Origin: a virus
DNA length: 64,000 nt
Reading direction: 5' to 3' (one strand)
IMG/VR virus record: IMGVR_UViG_3300046092_000205
Span: 1 to 64,000 of that record
Shown here: one piece after another, positions 59,691 through 64,000 of the stretch
Layout: every line of letters begins with the position of its first letter
How positions within the stretch are numbered: the stretch's first letter is position 1
Made by a program: the position numbers and the translations under genes
The notes under the pieces: generated by a model
The model's database searches: none
Told to the model about the DNA's origin: nothing
Seen by the model: only the letters and a program-made list of their open reading frames with translations

Positions 59691-60542
59691 ATGGTTCCGC
59701 AATTTTCCCACGAAGTTCAGTCGTCATTCATTTTATGGTTTGACCATCATCTTCTTGATAAAGGGCAAGCTTTCACTAATAAAACAGGAAAATTTTATTA
59801 CGCCGCTGATTCTTCTATTCCAACATATAAAAGTTTTTCTTCACCATACAAGCAATGGGTAGCCGATTCTTCAATATCTGGGGCTATAGTTCCTTCTGGC
59901 GTGTGGGTGAATAATAATTTTTCTGGCCGCTCAAATAATTTATTTTTAGATTATGATAACGGACGAGTTCTTGCTAGCGGCCTATCAACTTCCACTCAAC
60001 CAACAGGATCTTTTGCTCATAAAGAGTTTAATGTCTACGCTACGAATGATTCAGTAGAAGATTTAATTATTGAGAGAAAATATTTGCCAGCACCAAAAGT
60101 CGGCACAAATATTGCCGTTTCTGGCATTCCTCCGTATCAACCAATAGTTCCAGCAATTTTTATTGCAGCCCAAAATGTTGAAAATGCACCATTTGCCTTT
60201 GGTGGCATGGATACAACAGAGGTGAAATTAACTGCCACGATTTTCTGCGAGACAAACTATCAATTAGATGGAGTCCTAGGACTCTTTGCTGATACAAGAG
60301 ACAAAACAATTGCCCGTATTCCTTTCGCGAGCGCTCCTTTTAATGAATTTGGCGACCTTAAGACAGGATATTATAATTATAATAATCTATCTAGTCAGAG
60401 TCTTATTAGCGGATTGCCGCTCTTTATTGAAAGGGTTTCGACAGTTAAAATAACAGATCAATTACGGAAATCCGTGCAAAATGAAATGTTTATTGGCTTA
60501 ATTAACTTTACCGTAAGCCAACAAAGATACCCAAGAGCTTAA
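59691..60542 (+). CDS. Putative tail terminator-like protein
   Basis: PAIFI...FAFGG...LTATIF; precedes tail tube. Confidence 0.45.
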   Translation: MVPQFSHEVQSSFILWFDHHLLDKGQAFTNKTGKFYYAADSSIPTYKSFSSPYKQWVADSSISGAIVPSGVWVNNNFSGRSNNLFLDYDNGRVLASGLSTSTQPTGSFAHKEFNVYATNDSVEDLIIERKYLPAPKVGTNIAVSGIPPYQPIVPAIFIAAQNVENAPFAFGGMDTTEVKLTATIFCETNYQLDGVLGLFADTRDKTIARIPFASAPFNEFGDLKTGYYNYNNLSSQSLISGLPLFIERVSTVKITDQLRKSVQNEMFIGLINFTVSQQRYPRA

Positions 60543-60612
60543 ATTTTTGTGCAGTAAGCTAAATATACTAGCTCTTTAGTGTAAAGACAATTAACCCCTC
60601 TAATATACTAAA

Positions 60613-61746
60613 ATGGCCCGTAACAGAACTATTTACAACACTGAAGGCTTGATGGTAAGCCAAAACCTCCTATCTTCAGGCTCAACCACTCATGCCCAGC
60701 TAAAGCGAGTCCAGAGCGCTAACTATGGCTTTGAAATCGCCCGAACAGACGTTAATCAATTTGGCGAACTAGCCGCAATTGACCGTCTTGTTACCTCATC
60801 CCCAACAGTTAATCTTGATTTTTCTTATTATCTCGCTGATGGATATAATGAAAGAGCACTTGGATTCTTAGTTTCTAATTCGGGCGGCATTGGAGAAGGC
60901 AACTTCGCTTCTGGCGCAATCGTTGGAAATTCTGGTGTTAATTTCTATATCGTAACTGGCCCAGATGGAGAAGATCTTAATATCGCCAATCTCAGTGGCA
61001 AAGCTACTATTGGTATTGGTAATGCATTTATTTCCAATTATTCTGTATCTGCTGCCGTTGGAGATTTCCCAACTGTTTCTGTATCAGCAGAGGCTCTTAA
61101 TATTAATGCTGCCACTTATATTTCTGGCGCGACTACTCCTACTGGAACAGTTTCACCAGCTATTGCTCCCGAAAGCGGTACGCCAATTAATACTAATAAC
61201 GTTATCAGACTTCCAGCGCCAACTGCTGGCAGTGGCCCAACAGCATTGAGAGGTGGCGATATTACCTTTTCATTTGGCGACTTTATAGGTACTGCCACTG
61301 GAAAAGCATCTTCGATTGCTGATCTCAACATGTCTACTAGCAACAGTATCAACATTCAGAGTTTTGAACTTTCTCTTCCTCTTTCCCGAAGCCCAATTGA
61401 AAGACTTGGTTCTAAATTTGCATTTGCGCGAGTTACCGACTTCCCAATTACAGCAACGCTTTCTATCGAAGCTATTGTTAATGAAACTGTAGCTAGAAAC
61501 CTTGCTTCTATGATTGACGATACAACTGAAAACGATGTATCGGTTACTATTCGCAAACCAGGAAGCACTGAAGTAGCTATGAAATACACTCTTAAAGGCG
61601 CTCGCCTTGATAGTGAAAGCTTCAGTTCTGACATCGGATCAAATAAGAGTGTGTCTTTGACCTTTAGCTCTCAGATTGGTGGGCCAAATGCAACTGCTCG
61701 CGGAGTGTTCGCTTCAGGCGCTTCAGTAGATACTATCTTCAGTTAA
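60613..61746 (+). CDS. Major tail tube protein (internally duplicated)
   Basis: S/T/G-rich beta protein, own GTGTAA motif and terminator, LKGARLDSESFS...VSLTFS. Confidence 0.65.
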   Translation: MARNRTIYNTEGLMVSQNLLSSGSTTHAQLKRVQSANYGFEIARTDVNQFGELAAIDRLVTSSPTVNLDFSYYLADGYNERALGFLVSNSGGIGEGNFASGAIVGNSGVNFYIVTGPDGEDLNIANLSGKATIGIGNAFISNYSVSAAVGDFPTVSVSAEALNINAATYISGATTPTGTVSPAIAPESGTPINTNNVIRLPAPTAGSGPTALRGGDITFSFGDFIGTATGKASSIADLNMSTSNSINIQSFELSLPLSRSPIERLGSKFAFARVTDFPITATLSIEAIVNETVARNLASMIDDTTENDVSVTIRKPGSTEVAMKYTLKGARLDSESFSSDIGSNKSVSLTFSSQIGGPNATARGVFASGASVDTIFS

Positions 61747-61765
61747 TATACTAATTAATTACTTG

Positions 61766-61792
61766 AAACCCACCTGAAAAGGTGGGTTTTTT
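61766..61792 (+). terminator. Intrinsic terminator
   Basis: AAACCCACCT-GAAA-AGGTGGGTTT plus T-run. Confidence 0.88.
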
Positions 61793-61875
61793 GTTTTGTT
61801 TAGCGGACGCTTGAAATGCAACTCAAGTGTAAATATGATTACAGGGCGCATGACTTTCATTTGAATTGTCGCGCC

Positions 61876-61917
61876 AAAAAATAAAAAAATAGACCCGCCC
61901 TTTAATTGGGGCGGGTC
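61876..61917 (-). terminator. Intrinsic terminator
   Basis: GACCCGCCC/GGGCGGGTC stem with A-run on plus strand. Confidence 0.8.
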
Positions 61918-61935
61918 GCTAATTTTTAAGTTAAG

Positions 61936-62421
61936 TTATAACGAGTAATAAGACGCATACGCATACCCAGTAACCTGCATATCCAATCCGTTGATACTCT
62001 GAGGGCGTGCTCCATACATGCAATACTTATCCGCCGCTCTTTCTGCCGCGTTTGCAGCGTCTGTAGCCATGCCTCTAAAAGTCTTAGCAATCTCACTGCG
62101 GTTAGCAAATTGAATCTTATTATCGCCATCAGAAACAGAAAGAATATTCTCTCCGTTTGCGCTAGAAATCACTCCTCTAGCAGCATTTCTTGCTTGCCGT
62201 TCATAGTAACCAGCAAGATACATTGACTGAAAAATAGCTCGCGCCTCCTCATCAATTTCTGGATCAGCACCTGAAAAACTTGTATTTATCAAGTTATTTA
62301 AACTGCCAACACTAGCCGCAAACCACCCGCTAATTTGTGAAAACGTAGTGATTGTAGTATCAGAGTCGAACTCTGTAGTAAAAACGTCTCTGGCGAGTCC
62401 TGAGAATGTATTGTAGGGCAT
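61936..62421 (-). CDS. Putative head-tail adaptor
   Basis: Helical then ILSVSDGDNKIQF; near capsid gene. Confidence 0.5.
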   Translation of the reverse strand: MPYNTFSGLARDVFTTEFDSDTTITTFSQISGWFAASVGSLNNLINTSFSGADPEIDEEARAIFQSMYLAGYYERQARNAARGVISSANGENILSVSDGDNKIQFANRSEIAKTFRGMATDAANAAERAADKYCMYGARPQSINGLDMQVTGYAYASYYSL

Positions 62422-62443
62422 GTATTAATTTACACCTCTACAA

Positions 62444-62815
62444 CTAATACGTCTTCATTCCCAATGATTTCATTAACGCCAAATGCTGTGGGTTATTTTT
62501 ATCAAATTGAGGAGTTGGCGCTCTTTTAGGAATATTTAATGCGTGTTGATGCGTTCCAGCATTACGCTCAAAAGAGCGAATAAGCGCCGCTTTAATTTCT
62601 GTGGACGAAAGGTATTTATTAACGCCAACCTTAGCAGCCATATTTTGCAAATCTACAATTCCCATTGCTTCTAGATTTTCCTTGAATAAGCGAATATCAG
62701 TAGTGCCAAATGCATTTGTTTTTTTTGTGGCAAAAATAGCTTCTAATGAACGAAGTTCGTTCAAATCTTCAAGTTGGCCATTAGCGGTTTCCATATTATC
62801 TAGTGGATCAGTCAT
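62444..62815 (-). CDS. Hypothetical protein
   Basis: DLQNMAAKVGV helix-extension-helix-like segment; ATG 62815. Confidence 0.55.
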   Translation of the reverse strand: MTDPLDNMETANGQLEDLNELRSLEAIFATKKTNAFGTTDIRLFKENLEAMGIVDLQNMAAKVGVNKYLSSTEIKAALIRSFERNAGTHQHALNIPKRAPTPQFDKNNPQHLALMKSLGMKTY

Positions 62816-62851
62816 ATAGTTAATAATAAACAAAACGGCAGAAATAAACAC

Positions 62852-62881
62852 AAAAAAGCCCAAGGCTCGAAAGCCTTGGGC
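62852..62881 (-). terminator. Terminator after capsid gene
   Basis: 10-bp stem, UUCG loop, U6 tail on minus strand. Confidence 0.9.
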
Positions 62882-62898
62882 GAATTTGTTTAGTTAGT

Positions 62899-64000
62899 TT
62901 AGCAGATAAGACCAGTCAGCACACGGTTATCCAAGATGATGCGTCCTTCAGAAAGACCACCGAAGTAACCAATTTTCTTAGTGCGGCTAGAAGCAGTTTC
63001 GAACTGATTATCAACTTCGAAGACGAACTCAGAACCAACTTCTGCATCCACTTCCGCAAGGCGGATAAGGGAGTTAGCAGCGCGGGAGCGGTCAATGCCG
63101 AGGATAAGTTCGGTTGCAGCACCATCGAAGGCAGCAGATCCAGTAGAACCATCAGCTTGTGAGTAGTTGGTGCTACCAGCGGCAACATCGAATACGGTGT
63201 TGAAGCGTTGGTTAAGACCAAATTCATTGAACTCATGAATAGCTTGACCGTAGAAGGTTGTCACATCAGCGGCGCTGAAAAGAGCTTCACGAATGCTATC
63301 AGGAGCGGCAAGGCCGTCTTTGATTGCGCTAGTCTGAGGAGCGGCTTTGGTGTTGATTGGTTGGTAAGCCATTTCGCGTAGGCTGGCCATCTTCTCAGGG
63401 GAGAGGAAGAGGTCAGTTGTGCGGCCACGGGAGCCAACAGGAGTTCCACCCAGATAAGATGTATAAATTCTTTTGCTAAGAGTAATCAAAGCATTGAAGT
63501 CATCAGGCAAGAGGCGACCAGTGGAAGCAACGCGGAAAACGTGCTGTTTGCCGCTAGTTGAAGCTGCTGCAAGAGCGGCCATAATTGGACCAACAGACTT
63601 GTTTTCGACTTGGAACAGGATGCTCTGAAGAGCTTTGCTCATTGTGCGGCCAACGACATCGAGATTAGGCGATTTTGCAAGCATACGACGATCAAAGGAG
63701 AGAGCGGTATTAAGTTCGTAGGTGCGAACAAACATCTCAGAAATGACTGGCACAACTTCATTAGTTCCAAGACCACCAGCGGCAGTCGAACTGAAGACTT
63801 GAATGTATTCTTCATCGGTAACATCGTAGAACAGGTCAGTGCGAAGGCTTGGAGCCTCGTTGCTGTCATACGTAGTTGTCGTATAAAGATTTCCAAGAAT
63901 CGGAGCCTGTTCAGCGGCGGCTGAAAGAACTGGACCCATATAGGCAGCAAAGATCTGCTGTGCTTCAGCGGCAACCGTTTTGTCGCGGCTGGCCATAGCT
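62899..64000 (-). CDS. Major capsid protein (5' part outside window)
   Basis: GC-richer biased codons, strong terminator, TDLFLSPE and C-terminal GYFG..EGRIILD pattern. Confidence 0.7.
   Translation of the reverse strand, partial: AMASRDKTVAAEAQQIFAAYMGPVLSAAAEQAPILGNLYTTTTYDSNEAPSLRTDLFYDVTDEEYIQVFSSTAAGGLGTNEVVPVISEMFVRTYELNTALSFDRRMLAKSPNLDVVGRTMSKALQSILFQVENKSVGPIMAALAAASTSGKQHVFRVASTGRLLPDDFNALITLSKRIYTSYLGGTPVGSRGRTTDLFLSPEKMASLREMAYQPINTKAAPQTSAIKDGLAAPDSIREALFSAADVTTFYGQAIHEFNEFGLNQRFNTVFDVAAGSTNYSQADGSTGSAAFDGAATELILGIDRSRAANSLIRLAEVDAEVGSEFVFEVDNQFETASSRTKKIGYFGGLSEGRIILDNRVLTGLIC

Noticed and set aside
1-64000. Stop-codon reassignment
   Set aside because: Genes are densely packed under the standard code and end in TAA, TAG and TGA

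Overview
A 64-kb segment of a large, AT-rich tailed dsDNA phage genome, probably siphovirus-like (tape measure and tail tube genes present, no sheath seen). Left to right: glycan-modifying genes and small accessory/nucleotide genes (Hsp20, SSB, sigma-like factor, dNMP kinase, MazG); a ~550-bp divergent non-coding region rich in GCGAAGC mini-hairpins (candidate origin); nrdB and an nrdA broken twice (a -1 frameshift, and a split intein flanking a free-standing HNH endonuclease); a sugar-nucleotide/methyltransferase cluster; a replication block (RecA-like, DnaB, DnaG, PD-(D/E)XK nucleases) with Pol III alpha in three genes (separate PHP domain, then a second split intein flanking a Vsr-like endonuclease) and interleaved DEDDh and Mom-like genes; a Clp ATPase with a degenerate first ring; a 60-aa Sm/Hfq-like ORF directly followed by a predicted kissing-loop RNA; a pseudokinase; tail fibre, tail tip, tape measure, tail tube and neck genes; and the 3' part of the major capsid gene. 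Two recurrent promoter-like motifs are visible (TTGACA/TAGATA-N16-TAnnnT and GTGTAA). All annotations come from motif recognition by eye; no searches or folding programs were run.
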